Assembly: GCA_965645245.1 (NCBI GenBank)
Contig: OZ287076.1
Location: 434,001 to 498,000 of the forward strand
DNA: 64,000 bases
Direction: 5' to 3'
Source: Massalongia carnosa
Taxonomy: Eukaryota
Part shown: piece by piece, positions 24,457 to 38,864 of the stretch
Layout of the letters: each line of letters starts with the position of its first letter
Numbering within the stretch: the first letter of the stretch is position 1
The notes under the pieces: model-generated
Database searches by the model: none
What the model was told of the DNA's origin: nothing
What the model saw: only the letters and a program-made list of their open reading frames with translations
Made by a program: the position numbers and the translations under genes

Positions 24457-24785
24457 CCTTCTTCGCCATCTCTCTTGATCCTACTTGTTCCCTCCTCCTT
24501 CCCCTCCTGATTCCTTAATATTCCCACCTCCGTTATAGCGGGCCTGCACAATTCCCGGTGTTGCAATTGCCCCCATTCAATTCCCTCATCAGCCAAACAT
24601 TCAAACCTCTAGACCTCCCCGTAAGTTTGCCTAAAGGTTTCTTCATAACTTTTCAGCATGGGAACTAAACTTTCCAATCAGATCTCTGAACCTTGCTGGG
24701 TGTCAAAGCTTGGTTCAACAAACTTGCAAAGATTTACGTTGCCTTGTACATCTAGGTTGCCTCGATCCTGAATAACCAATTCACC

Positions 24786-26025
24786 ATGGCAACTTCAGAT
24801 GCTAGACCTGATGATATCAATAATCTCAGCGAGTCGCTGAGTCATGCTACCTTAAATACTGACGGAAGAGAAGACAATCGTCTTGGCCCGGACGGCGAGG
24901 CCGCTCCCAAAACCGACGAAGAGTATGCCCAGCACGTTCTGACGCTGCGTGCCATAGTATCTTCCAAGGAAGCCGGTGTGATTATCGGAAAGGCGGGCAA
25001 AAATGTGGCAGACCTTCGAGACGAAACGGGTGTGAAGGCTGGTGTCAGCAAAGTGGTCCAGGGTGTGCACGATCGGGTGCTCACGGTCACTGGAGGGCTT
25101 GAAGGAATTTCCAAGGCTTATGCTATTGTTGCTAAAGGGTTGCTGGAGGGTGCGCCGCAGATGGGTATGGGAGGAGTTATCTCCTCCAACGGAACACACC
25201 GTAAGTGCATCCCTCAACATCAAATCCCCGATTTGGTGAGGGTAAGGATTTGCGATGCCATTGGCCGTTGATAAAATACTGCTTGGCTTTGATACATTAA
25301 ATGCTGACACGGGTTCGGTTTCAGCGATTCGCCTTCTTATCTCTCATAACCAAATGGGCACCATTATTGGCCGGCTAGGCCTTAAAATCAAGCATATTCA
25401 AGACGCATCGGGCGTTCGTATGGTAGCTCAAAAGGAAATGCTGCCGCAGTCGACTGAACGTATCGTGGAAGTGCAAGGCACCCCCGATGGCATCCAGAAG
25501 GCGACATGGGAGATTGGAAAATGCTTGGTGGACGATTGGCAGCGTGGCATCGGGACCATTCTGTACAACCCCGCTGTCAGAGCTGAAGCCGGTCGTAATG
25601 GTCAGCTGAATCATAACGGTGGAGCACCGCCTCCCTATGGAGGTAACCGCTCCTACAATCGGACGGGCAATGGAGCCGACTTTAGCGACAACGCTGGAGG
25701 CTCCTACAACCGTCGCTCTAACTCCGATGCCGCGAACCGTGGACCTCTTACAACCACGGACGATGGGGAAGAGATCCAAACCCAAAACATTAGCATTCCG
25801 TCAGACATGGTTGGCTGTATTATCGGTCGAGCTGGTAGCAAGATTAGCGAAATCCGAAAGAGCTCTGGAGCTCGGATCTCTATAGCCAAGGCGCCTCATG
25901 ATGAGACGGGAGAGCGTATGTTTACGATCATGGGTAGCGCTGGTGCCAACGAGAAGGCTCTTTATCTCCTTTACGAGAATCTCGAGGCAGAGAAAATGCG
26001 TCGAAGCCAGCAGCCCCAGGAGTAA
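24786..26025 (+). CDS. rnc1: Three-KH-domain RNA-binding protein (Rnc1/Pbp2/Hek2 family)
   Basis: Exons 24786-25200 and 25325-26025. Three KH GxxG loops: IIGKAG, IIGRLG, IIGRAG. Probable 5' UTR intron at about 24621-24681. Confidence 0.92.
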
Positions 26026-26999
26026 TTCGACGGCTTCTCTTTACCCTGGTGTTTACATAACAACTGGATTTCTTGCTACCATCAAACCACTTGTCCACCC
26101 CAACCCACACTGCTCTCACGCGTCTGAAAGGATCGCGCTTCGTACAGTCACCCGCCAGATCTTTTCGATCATCAAAAGTCACTCTTCCAAACCCACCCTC
26201 CTTCCTATCAAAAGTACCTTTCCTCATTCCTTTCACATCGAGCCCGAGAAGATTGCCTTTCACACCAATCTCGATTTACGACCTCACGATCCTCAACAAC
26301 TCGCGATTCTTGATGGCTTAGCGTGGCGTGCTTCCATAATTCACGATTTCAATTGCTCATTCTCGCTCCCTCCAAATCCCAATATCTTCGATGCGATGAC
26401 ACTGCGTCTCGCCTTACAGATCTTCACTTCCTCTGCCTCTTGGCAAGATCTGTAGCCAACCACCACAAATCAGATTGAATCTCCACCATGGCTGCTTGGT
26501 GGTTCTTCGGGCTGAATGTCTTATCGTCGTTCCGTCAACTACTACGACTTACTTCCATGTACCTTCTCTGCAACAGTCTCAGACCATACTAGCTCTGCGT
26601 GTACCTAGAACCAAGTCAAGGCTACTAGTTAGGTTTAGAGAGTAGAAAATGCAGAGTGACATTGTTACGCCTTATGCTTCTCACGAGTGATATTGACCAT
26701 TCTCGGAACGGCTTGCCACCTGCCCATCGAAAAAGGATTTCTACAATATAATCGTCCAAAAACTCAAATTTCTGCAAGTCATGCTGAACCCGGCTTAGAA
26801 AAATCTTGACGTCAACGTAAATGCAAGTAACCTAGGTATGTGGGTAGGCAGTTAACAAAGAACCCCCATCGCCTAGTCATCACTACAAGGGCCAAGCCGG
26901 TACCATGACAAGGTCCGTAAAAGCGCCCGAGTATACGCAACCAAAAACGCTTCAAATCGAAATGTGAAAAAGAAGTGCAAGAAAAGTAATGCGAATCGC

Positions 27000-29455
27000 T
27001 CATTGCATCTCAACCTCCATCTCTTGCTTCACTCCCCCGGATGTACTCCTCCACCCTTCCTTCCCCTTCCCCTTCCCAATGCCCAGCCCCGCTAGCCCAG
27101 ACGCCAGCACCGAAAATGCCGCTCCATCAGGCTGTGGCAGCTCTTTGCCCGGAACCCCGGCGCCTAGGGCATCGTCTGCGGTTTCCACGCCTGTGAGTAC
27201 GGTCTTAGGCTCCTTAACGCCGTTACCGTTGCTGTTACCGTTGGCGAGTTCGTGGTTAGAAGGATGATTATGCTGAGGCTGTGGGAAAACAACCCGCGGC
27301 CCATTCATCTCGGCATCCGTGCGACCAAAGACTTCATGCCACCACCTTACCTCGCCTATTGCGGGAAGCAAAAGTCGCTCGCTGCCCCGAACGTTGTCGT
27401 CAATAGTGGGGTCGTACTGCTCATTGATGAACTGCTCCTTGCGAGCGAGAAAGTAGTCCCAGACGCTGCGGGTGCGTTCACGAACGCGCGCCTCGACGCG
27501 CTCCTTTTCGTTGTTGTGGAGAAAGGTGCCATATTGGCAGGAGTAAAGGTGGTAGAGCAGGCGACGTAGGAAGCGCTCGTTAAACTCGAAACGGGTGGGG
27601 TGCTGATAAAGGAGTTGGTAAGTGGCGTCAAGAAATTGATGGAAGATGGGGCTGGTTTCTTTGACTTTGGTGGTGCTTTTTTCATTGGGGTTGCCTGTTT
27701 TGCTGGATACGGTGGCGGCAGCGGCTTTCCTCAAACTGGGAAGTGCCGTGTCATAGGGTTGCATTTCGCCGTCCGAGTCCACAATGGAGTCGCGGCTGGT
27801 GTTATCTTTGTTGAAGAATCCTTTAGCGCTTTGAAGTGCAGTCTCAAGAGCGTGCGCAGGGCCAGTGTTGTTTCCGAAGCCAGGTCTGCCGAGGTTATCA
27901 CCGCCTATGCGATCGTTTTCGATGCTGAACCACTTTTCGCTTGATAGAAAGCCTGAGCGATGGTTGAACATGTGACCAAATGATAACCAATCCTTTTCTA
28001 CCAGGACGATAAACCCTTCCAGTGTGCGGTAGTAGGGGTCCAGACATAATTGACTCAAAGCGCTGAGCTGACTCGTACGGTCCCATCCATCCGAACAGTG
28101 TATAAGTACATGCGAATGCTGCAGCCCCACTTGCCGGACAATGATACCAGCGCCGTCAAGTATTCCGGCAATATGCTTTAGCCATCCACTCTTTGCAAGA
28201 CTATCTCGATTTGGGGCCAAAGGTGTCAGATCCGAGTCTTTCAACGTATCAACAACTTTGTTTAGAGAATCCCTCATTACATGTATGTTATCAATACCGA
28301 GATAGACCTTGGTGGCAAATCGATAATTGTCCATATTTTCGGACCCTAGACCTACGGCTTGCATGGCTAAAGCATTCACAGTCGGACGTGCATCGACAAT
28401 TAGGTTATGTTGCTGAGCGCCATAAACTCGAGGACCATCAGTCTTGTCATCACCACTGGTCCGGGATATGATCTCATCCTCGAGCACATCTGCTTCGGTA
28501 AGGGCAGGATCCGATCCCGGCGGCGAACCATCGCCTTCACTCGATCGACGAGACTGCCGACTTCGAGGCCTTGACGGTGGATCAGAGGTATTTAATTTTG
28601 TGTGGGAAGTGGAGAATATCGAAAGAAGGAGTTTCTCGTCTTGGATACTTCGATTACCTCGGACTCCCACAAGTGGTTGGGCACTTCTTGTGATGGAGCA
28701 GTTATTTACGGAGTGAAGGTAAGTTAGCACAGGAAGTCTTACCCGCGAGCGGTACCTTCCGGCATAATTGAGCGTGTTATCAGATATTGCTGATGGAACC
28801 GGAAGTAAAGCTGGGTACGTAGGAGAGAACTGGATTTTGTGAATACAACCTTCCCTGCATCTAGCATGAACCCACTTACGCAATAGTCAATGTTGATCTT
28901 TGATATCCTCCAACCTCTGTCAGCGCCCTTATCGCTGACACCAAGCCTCTTCCATTCAGCTCGCGCATCATAAATATCCCAACCATTGACATCTTTCTCA
29001 AGCTGCTGTGGCTGATAGCTGAACGCATAGAGCTTCTCAATTCGCCCCAATTTACACGTCCATGCCTTAATGCTGTCATATACATCCCTCGCCTTCTTCT
29101 CATCGGTGAAGCAAAAACAGACAAAGGAAAAATCTCGACATCGCAGGCGGATAGAGGATGGAAGATGGGAGGCGGCAGGCACAGGGCGCAGAGTACAGGT
29201 TTGTATGATGGGATAGGTAATCCATAATTCTCGAGGTTTGGCTGCTGGAGGATTGACGGGGCCAACCGCCAAGAGTTGTGGGGGGGTATGGCAGAATATT
29301 AGATGATGGGGAGTTAAGTGTAGGGTTCCTTCGACTTGCTCCCCTCCGCGGACAAGTTTGACGTCGTCTACCTAGACATGATTAGCTTTGGAGTTGAAAA
29401 TAGCTTCAAACCCGTTTCCCTATGGGCATACCTTGGCAATCCGTGTTCTCTCCAT
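27000..29455 (-). CDS. YMR1: Myotubularin-family phosphoinositide 3-phosphatase
   Basis: Three exons with introns at 29372-29431 and 28830-28879. PH-GRAM-like N-terminus (GTLHLTPHHLIF), catalytic HCSDGWDRT, EKDWLSFGH, and SPIFHQFLD. Confidence 0.95.
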
Positions 29456-29812
29456 TAGGCTAAATTACTGTCCCATTTTCTTAAACTAAAATTGAAGTAA
29501 GCTGGGACGCATCAACATATAAAGCTATGCCTCGCAGCTCAGAGAAAAATACGACTCAAACATTGGCTAGCGAAAGGATTGCTGATGTCAAGATGACGAT
29601 GTCGTTGTCTCCATAGAAGGAACCCTACATTTTGCCCGCCATTTACCCTTTCAGCTGGTTAGCTCCATTCCCTAAAGTATCGTTAATTAGTTAAGCGAAA
29701 TCCTCCACACAAACCTAGCCCAGCTAAGACAATCATTAACAAAACATACAGCATATCATCCACCCGACTAGCTACCTCTCTCCATCCGCAAATTCTACTT
29801 CATATCGCAATT

Positions 29813-30760
29813 ATGGCAGCTGCAGCACAGGGAGGCACCATCTCAAAGCGTAGGAAATTCGTCGCCGATGGCGTCTTCTACGCCGAGTTGAACGAGTTCT
29901 TCCAACGTGAACTGGCCGAAGAGGGATACTCCGGAGTAGAAGTCCGCGTGACGCCTACCGTCACCGATATCAGTTGCGTAGCACTTCTCAAACCAATTGA
30001 TACCACGATCCATCATTTTTCTGACTTGGAAACCTTCAGTCATCCGTGCTACCCACACGCAAGAAGTGCTCGGCGAGCAAGGTCGGCGCATCCGTGAGCT
30101 CACTTCGCTCATTCAGAAACGCTTCAAATTCCCCGAAAACTCCGTCTCACTGTACGCGGCCAAGGTGCAGAACCGCGGTCTCTCAGCTGTTGCTCAATGC
30201 GAGTCGCTGCGGTACAAACTGCTAAATGGGTTGGCCGTACGGCGGGCCTGCTATGGTGTGCTACGCTTCATCATGGAGAGCGGAGCTAAGGGATGCGAAG
30301 TAGTGGTCTCGGGGAAGTTGCGCGCCGCACGAGCCAAGAGCATGAAATTCACCGTAAGTCTCTATTTCCTAAGCTCTACATAGGGGCCTTGGGGAAGCAA
30401 CCCATTTCTGACAAAATCGGTTCGTTTAAGGACGGCTTTATGATCCACTCCGGCCAACCGGCCAAAGACTTTATTGACTCAGCCACCCGCCATGTGCTTC
30501 TCCGTCAAGGCGTGCTAGGCATCAAAGTTAAGATCATGCGCGGCTCGGATCCGGAGGGCAAATCGGGTCCACAGAAATCGTTGCCGGATTCCGTAACCAT
30601 CATCGAACCTAAGGAGGAGCAGACAGTGGTACAGCCCATGAGCCAGGACTACGGTGCCAAGGCGGTCGCGGCACAACAGGCAGCCGAGCAGCAGCGGTTG
30701 GCAGAACAGCAGGAGCAGGGCGGAGAGCAAGGCGGGGAGGATTATGGCGGACAAGAGTAG
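29813..30760 (+). CDS. RPS3: 40S ribosomal protein S3 (uS3)
   Basis: Introns at 29973-30039 and 30354-30430. Sequence [20 protein letters not shown]...[23 protein letters not shown]...[12 protein letters not shown]. Confidence 0.98.
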
Positions 30761-31819
30761 TGGGAGATAGTGTTTGGAAGGGTTGAGGGTTTGGCGACGA
30801 GGTAGGAAACAGAGGGGGTGCTTATAGGAAGCATCCAACCTTTTTTTCACTCCCTGCAAGGTTTTCGAGATGTACAAAGGCTTTTTTGCACCTCTTAGCA
30901 TCCTCGAGCAAATCTCAATGATTTGCAGATCCGTTTCGCTCTTACAAACATTCCTTTCCTAGTCCCAAAACTAGCTGCTAATCGCCAAACCTACAACCCC
31001 TCAGTTGATACCATAACCTTCAAAATTCATCACTCCTCCCTCTCCTTTCCCCACCATCCCTCCCCCCCTAAACATCCAACAGCTCACTTCCCCCCACTCA
31101 TCTATCCCCAGATACATAATTTTCTCCACCATCTCTCTATTATTCGTTCCCATCCTAATCATCCCCTTACCCCCGCCTATGTAAACCTTGACCACGTATA
31201 TAAGTATAGAAATTATTAATTACAAAAAAGCCCATTGCTTGCTGCTAAAGAGAGGGTCAGTTGAAGACTCCGTAAGTGGGGTCTATGGGGGAGAGAATGG
31301 AGGATTTAGAGGGGGTGAGTGGAGGGAAGGAAGAGAGGATGAAGGGGGTGAGGTGGATAAAAGAGAAAGAAACATAATGCGGGAGATGGGTGAATGGGTG
31401 ATTAGATATGGTGATGGTTGATGGATGAATCGACTTTGGGAGAGGCTTGCAAAGCGAATAGCTTGTGTTAAAATTGAGAGGGTATAATTCGGGATTCGAT
31501 ACAAACGGGCGAAAGTTTTGAGACACTTTGTGTCATGAGGAACAGAGGGTGAACGGCTTGTATCCGGGGACAATGATGAGATCATCGGATCACCACAAAA
31601 TTGGAGTTTAGTATCTGCGTAACCGCTTTCTTTCTTGCTTCCCTTTACAGCAGAACATACCACAACTCATGATTTATGTAGGTATCTCCTCCATGCATCT
31701 AAAATGCCTCGCTTTCCGAAGGAAGAAGATCAAACCAAATCGAAAAAATAACCAGGTCTAATCTTTGCCATCAAACGGGGCGAAGAATGCTCCCAACAAA
31801 GTCCCAGGGGAACTAAATA

Positions 31820-34036
31820 TCACGGCGACATTACCATAACATCTGAAGCCGTCACCGCAGCCGTTGAGGCAAAATACCGTACATCGACGTCATCGTCCTG
31901 CTGGAGTTTCTCGAGGTTGGGCAAGATCTGGTTTTGCACCAGATCGTAGCCTTTGGCCGATGGTTCAACAGATTGGCCGAATTTTTCGAGGGAGAGGATG
32001 GTGCCTTCGTCGGGCAAGCGTTTGAGGACACCGATCAAGATGGCATAGGATTTGGCAACGTTGAAGCGAATGTTGGGGATGTCGTCGGAGACTAGTCTGT
32101 CCATCATTGGGAGGATCGATTTCTCTATCACCTCTAGGTTTATTGCAGGAGCTAGTGTCTAACCGATCGGCATTAGTAGCAATCATTCAAGATGGCGAAA
32201 GGGGGGAAGCCTTACGGAAATCGCAAAGCAAGTTGTCATTCGATATAGATAGTTCGGATGTTGACCCATTGCCATAACCTTGGGAATAATAGCTTCGCTT
32301 GCCCATTCAACGCCGAAGACCTCAGTCAGCTTCTTCAGATTCTGTGTTGCAGCTTCTCTTATCGAGAAGACGGTATCTCCAAGCCAACTCATACAGAGCG
32401 TGCTCAGCTTCTCGTCGAAGAACTGGACACCAAGCTGGCTTGCGAGGAGCGGAATGTACTCGATGATAGCTAACCGGACTCGCCATTGCTTGTCCTCCGC
32501 TAACTGTACGATTGCAGGAAGAAGTGATTGGGACAGAAGCTCAATGCCAATCACTGGAAATTATCAGAACAAGCAAACCGGCTCGAGAAAGGGATATACC
32601 TCGATTGACCAACTCAAGCTTGGATATTATGTGAAGCCTGACATCAGGAAACTCGTCTTTTAACATTTGAAGGAACATCGGGAGAAGATGCGCGATAGTT
32701 CTGGAAGCTAATCAGTCCTACCTCCATGTCAGATCTGGTTTTAGAATACTTACTCTTCCTTGCCTAAAATTGGAGCGAGACCGCTGATTTGAGTTCCCAA
32801 TGCAGCACGCACATGCTGCGACGTGTCGGATACCAAGTCTTCAATGCTTGTCATTATTTCGTTAAGAAGAGTCTCCCGGTCGAGCAACCCACAAAAGCCT
32901 AGACAATATTAGTGTCGAAATCCGTAATCCGTGAATGGAGACCTACCAGGTATTTGACCTGCAATCGCGGTCCGAACTTCTGCTTCTGTGTCCTTCAGTA
33001 ACTTTACAAAAGCAGGGACAAGATCACGAGTCACGGTCTCGTCATCAACTGCCTTTGCAATCTGTACATGGTAGAATGGATCAGCTAGATGAACAGGGAT
33101 GCAAGACTACGGCTTTCACCTTTTCAAATCTATCCGCAACCATATATCTTACTCGCCAGCTTTTATCTTCAAACAAACTTCGCAGGGCTGTGAGGAGGGT
33201 ACCATGGCTAGTTTGCTGCTCTTTGGGAACGACTTCTGCAATCGCAATAAGAATCTCTACCGTCAATAATCGAACGCTGTCTTGATCATCGCTCGCAAGA
33301 TGCTGAAACAGCGGGATCATCTCCTCTATGACAATCCCTGGTGGCATTTCCTTGACAAATTTTGCTAGATTATTCGCCGCCTGCCTCCTAACCATTGGTG
33401 TTTCATCATGCACTAATTGACCAAACTGCTGTCGAAGGCCTTCCTGAGAAGGAGGGTTGGCTTTGCTGTATGGAACGTTGTAGAGACCTGTGGCGGAAAT
33501 CTTTGACGTGAACCAGTCGGCTTTTGAAAGGCGTATGGTAAGTGGAATGAAGAAGTCCTCAACTTGAGATTGTGAAAGTTGCTCGCAAATTTTGTTTAGC
33601 GACTCCACAGCCTTTTCCCGGACTAGAGGTTCTTCGATAGCTGCTAGGTTTTCCAAAGGAGACAATAGCACGTGCCCATATTCTGGGCCACCCACATATT
33701 CTACAAACCCTCCCAGCTCATCACTTAACGCAGTCAGTACCTCGTCCTCGTCTTCCACCGATTCTGCCCTCCACATTAGTAGTCATACCAGGATGTTTCA
33801 AGAGTAAACCAACCATCTAGAAATGGTATTAATTCATCCCTTGTTCGTTCAGCCCCCAAAGCTAGGGCTATTGTGGAAAGCCGATGTATAGCATTGAGTC
33901 GTAAAAGAACATCATCGTGCTATATCGCGAATCAGCGAGGAAGCCCTGACTTTCATGTGACATAGCCTCGTACCTTCAATTCATCAATCAGGACAGCTAT
34001 AGGGTAGAGCTCATCGGTTTGGCTTTGTCCTTCCAT
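31820..34036 (-). CDS. TPD3: Protein phosphatase 2A scaffold (A) subunit, HEAT repeats
   Basis: Eight exons. [58 protein letters not shown] and DVDVRYFA. Confidence 0.96.
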
Positions 34037-34660
34037 GGTGAAGGGGATGAAATCCTATGCTTGTGCTCTTTGAGCGCAGCGCAGGTATAAGGAGCTACTT
34101 CAATCGAGAATGTCGTTGGTGGTAGGAAACTCGTGACTTGAGCAAAGGGTGTCTATTGTTGCTTGTGCGCATCGATAGAAACCTGCTCAACATGAATAGT
34201 CAGCATATATTCCAAAATACGAAAAAACCGGTACTCTATTGCATTCGGGCAAGAGAGAAGCTTCAAGCTTCGCCCTCCGGTAGCTTTTGTAAATGCCCAG
34301 CCTCTAAAACTGTCAAATGGAAAGCTTACGTGGTCTTACTTAGTTCACAAATTAGGGCTAAGCATCATAAGACGTAAAAACCCAATGAAATGGAAATCGT
34401 TAGTTGAATGGGAGTAGAAGTTAAGCAAGAAGTGAAATATGGTGTTTGGTGTAGCCCTTTTGGGTTTTACAAGAGCAACGAGACTCCCGAACGCGCCACG
34501 CCTTATAAGGCAGAGAACTATACATTAATCCTTAGCCCGAAAAGAACAACTATAGCTTGGTCACCGCCCCCACTATCCATGCAACAGAGCACTTGGAACC
34601 TGCAAACTAGAACAATATAGTGCTACGATTCAGGGCAATCTTCACTGCCAAAAAGCCAAC

Positions 34661-37085
34661 ATGCCTACCATCGCGGTGGATAAAGAGAAACTCTTCAAAG
34701 CCTTGGGCCAAGAGTAGGTACAAGCTTTAAGGTTCTCAATCCTTGTTCATTCAGTAACACTTCCTTATAGATACACCACTGAGGAGTTTGACGAGTTATG
34801 TTTCGAGTTTGGTGAGCGGTATCATGCCAGGTGACCTTTTGCCTGTGCTGAATCCGCCTAGGTATCGAGCTGGATGAAGATGTAGGGGATCTCTATATCT
34901 AAATTGGCTTCATGGTCAGCTAAGGGCCTCCAGACATCAACCAGCGATCGGCCAGTGGTCAATGGTAAGCAAGAGCCTGCTCAGCTCAAGATTGAGATAC
35001 CGGCAAATAGGTTTGTTGCTTGAATGTTCAGCAAGTCAATGTTATACCTTTTAACCTCATGTAGATACGATATGCTCTGTTTCGAAGGTATATCATTGAT
35101 GCTAAATATTTTCCGTGGGAAAACTACCTCACCAAATTATCGACTTGCCGCCCCCCTATATGGTGAATTGGAGACCATCACTGTTCATGAAGCGGTTAGC
35201 AGACCAATAAGTGAAGGAGGGGCCTCGAAGGATGCTAATTGTAGCCAGACTTCAAGAGTACGTCCATATGTTGCCGGGGCCATTTTACGAAATATTAAAT
35301 TCACGAAAGAAAGATATGAGTCTTTCATTGCGCTTCAGGATAAGCTTCACCAGAATCTTGCGCGACAGCGAACTCTCGTGGCGATTGGAACGCACGATCT
35401 AGATACTATTAAAGGACCCTTCACATACGAAGCATTGCCTCCCGAGCAGATCAAATTCGTGCCCCTCAACCAGATAAAGGCAATGAACGCCGTTGAGCTG
35501 ATGAAATTTTATGAGGTGGGCAATTCTAGTTCGACCATCGAAAGGCATTAATGTTTAATATCAGGATGACAAACATCTTGCTCGATACCTACCTATCATC
35601 AAGGACTCTCCAGTTTACCCTGTCATCTTAGACTCTAACCGGACAGTATGCTCAATGCCACCGGTCATCAACTCGAATCACTCCAAGATCAGCGTAAATA
35701 CGCGAAACGTTTTCATAGAAATGACAGCGACAGACAAGACCAAAGTCGATATAGTCAATAACATTATAGTCGCGATGTTCTCCCAATACACGGAAAACCA
35801 GTTCACGTAGGCTACCAACCTCTTCCTGGGCTCGAAATCCTAACCATCAATAGGGTTGAGCCAGTTAAAATCATCTCCCAGCACAATCACCAATCCCGCC
35901 AAGTCCCAGATCTCACCCCCCGTGAGACGCAGGCTGAAGTTTCTTACGTAAATGACTGCTGCGGCCTCTCTCTTTCCGTATTAGAGATTTGCTCGCTCTT
36001 GGAACGCATGTCCTACAACGCAAAACCCTCCTCCGCCTCTCCCAACTTGATTGACGTGCACATTCCGCCCACCCGCGCTGACATCCTGCACCAATGCGAC
36101 ATTATGGAAGATGTCGCCATCGCATATGGCTTTAATCAGCTCCCTCGTTCTTTCCCCTCCAAGTCCGGTACCGTTGCTCAGCCACTCATGATCAATAAGC
36201 TCAGCGATATTATCCGCCTCGAAACTGCCATGGCCGGCTGGTCCGAAGTCATGCCCCTCATCCTCTGTTCCCATGACGAAAACTTTACATACCTCAACCG
36301 CACAGACGATGGGACCACAGCCGTAAAGCTAGCAAACCCCAAAACGGCAGAGTATCAAATCGTGCGCACCTCGCTGCTACCGGGCCTTTTGAAAACTATT
36401 CGTGAAAACAAGCACCACAGCTTGCCCATCAAGATTTTCGAGGTCAGCGATGTAGCGTTCAAGGATATGTCATTGGAGCGGAAGAGTCGGAATGAGCGGC
36501 ATTTCGCCGCGGCGTGGTATGGCAAGAGCAGCGGGTTTGAGGTCGTGCATGGGTTGCTGGATAGGGTTATGTTGATGCTCAAGAGCGCATTCATGACTAG
36601 TGAGGAGGGCCTGGAGAGGAAGGGCGTGGCGGATTCTACGTATTGGATCGATGAAGTAGATGGTACGACTTTCGCATTATCTTATTCTTTCTCCTCCAGC
36701 CCTTAGTGTCTCTTTCCCTCCCTCAGCCCTAACAAGCTATCCTTCCTTTTCTGACAATCTAACAAATCAATCCCGCAGACCCTACCTTCTTCCCGGGCCA
36801 CGCAGCTGCCATTCATCTCCGCCTCGGCAGCAAGGAGTCTGTCATCGGCGTCTTCGGCATCTTGCACCCCACTGTGCTCGAACACTTTGAGCTCAAGTGC
36901 GTTCTTATTCCTCCCTGCCCTTTGGTTTTTTCTCACTTGTCCTGCTGCCATTCCATTTTTTTCTCCCTATTCTTATGTACCAATGACAGCTGGAGAGACT
37001 TTTTTAAAAAAAGCTAATATTCTCTGCTTCACGTTACAGGTATCCCGTCAGCACGCTGGAGATTAACGTGGAGGTTTTCCTGTGA
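34661..37085 (+). CDS. FRS1: Cytoplasmic phenylalanyl-tRNA synthetase beta subunit
   Basis: Multi-exon. MPTIAVDK...[17 protein letters not shown]...[62 protein letters not shown]; ends LEINVEVFL*. Confidence 0.96.
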
Positions 37086-38864
37086 CAAACTCCGTTTGAG
37101 TGGGGATTGGCTGGCTTTTGGAAGCAGCTGCGAGGATCTCAAAAGTGGAAGAAAAAAAGCGAAGAAGGTGTAGAATGTGGATTAGGGAAGATTCGTTATG
37201 CTGTTTTTGCCTTCCACTTTTTCGCATTTGCTACCTATCCCCAACAAAAGAATTTCCTTCTTCTATCTTCTTTTGCTCTCGGCTTCTATTCCGAAGAAGG
37301 CAAGAAAGCAAGGAAAGCAAGAGAAGAAACAGGAAGAGGGGAAAAGAAAGGAAGAAAAGGAATGGGGGAAAAGTCCCTTTCTTCTCGCTTTCTTCCTCTC
37401 TCTTCCTCTAATTTCATCACACGCAATCGAGCGATGTACTCAACAAAAAACCTTTCTCATCTTTTCAAATTTGTCTATTCAACCAAACCGCCCATTTTCG
37501 TTTTTTTCATACTTTCAACGTGTGAAAAGAAATCCTTGACATGTTTCTTTTAACTTCTTGTTGGTTAATTTAATTCCTTTTCTCTTCTCTTCTCCCTCCT
37601 CCTCCCCTCCCCCCCCCCCCCCCTTTAATTCATCCCCTAATAAAAATCCCCGCCAGTCAGTCAATCAGCCAGTCACTTAATGATTCGCACTACGTACTTT
37701 CTTACTTGATTATTTAGTTCGCTCTTTTGTTAGCTTGTTTTCTTTTTTTCTGGCTTTTGGTCTTCGTTCTAGTCTGAGGGAAATGAGAAAAGAGAGAAAG
37801 GAATAAAGGGAAACAAAATCAATTAGATTAGACAGAAAATCCTTCTTTCCGTTCGTGAATAATCATTCCATCATTAATCAATCCCTCATCAGTCTCTCCT
37901 TTCTCAAAAATTTCCTTTCTTCTTTTCTTGCTTTTCGCCTTTCTTCCTATTTCTTCCTTTTCCTTTCCCCCCCCCCCCTCTCTTTCGCTTCTTACAAGCT
38001 TACTTGCTTCCACGAATGGGATAATGGATAATGAATGAGATGATGCCATGAAAGCTTGAAGGGGAGGCAAGTGAATACTGCATACTGTGTTTTTCTTCCT
38101 GCGGTGGAGAAGCTGTCATATAGGTTAGGTATACACATTTTTGGATCAACCTGCGACTATTCTGTATATACACAACTCTCTCTCCAAAATACTTTCTTCT
38201 CCTCTTCCTATATGAAACCCTGAAAAAAGATATAGCCCTCACTAACCTCTAAATCTAGCCGTGCACGCACAAATTGTTAATATATCCCCAACTGCATAAG
38301 CTGCTAGAAATCGATAAGACAATTTTGATAGATCTTTGTAGGATGATCCAGAACCAAAAAGGATGACCAAAAAACAGGAATGAAATCATTGATGTGGACA
38401 CCTGCGCCTGGCAAACTATGCTCAGGCAGAGAAAAAGCAAGTACACGTGTCCAAACTTCCGAAAAGTCCTAACAAAATAGCGAATCATGATGAAGCCAAG
38501 TTTCTAGTAATGCACGCGTGTGCCATAAACAGAATCTTAAATCCAGCCACCTGAAAAAAGTCAAACACCTTCGAGGTCGATGAAACAGGACCAGACGAGA
38601 GGAGAAATAACAGTAGAACTAGATTGTGTGGCGCTCCTACTTATTGGAGCTGAATGTCTCCGGTGTTAGACCGGGTGAATATCAAATGCAGGAGCCCCAT
38701 GCATTCACGCGTCAGAGGCAAAATTTGTGTAGTCTAATATCGGGTTATCTGTTCGGCGTCGTCCAGGGTTCATTAGGGGCAAATTTTGATCTGCCGAGCG
38801 TTTTTGATACAGCCAACCAGCAGTTAATATTTAGCTCGCTCAAACCTGAAGCATAGCTCCTTTT

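Noticed and set aside
37086..38260. Lys/Arg- and Phe-rich ORFs between FRS1 and glycogenin
   Set aside because: They are artefacts of purine/pyrimidine low-complexity 3' intergenic sequence.
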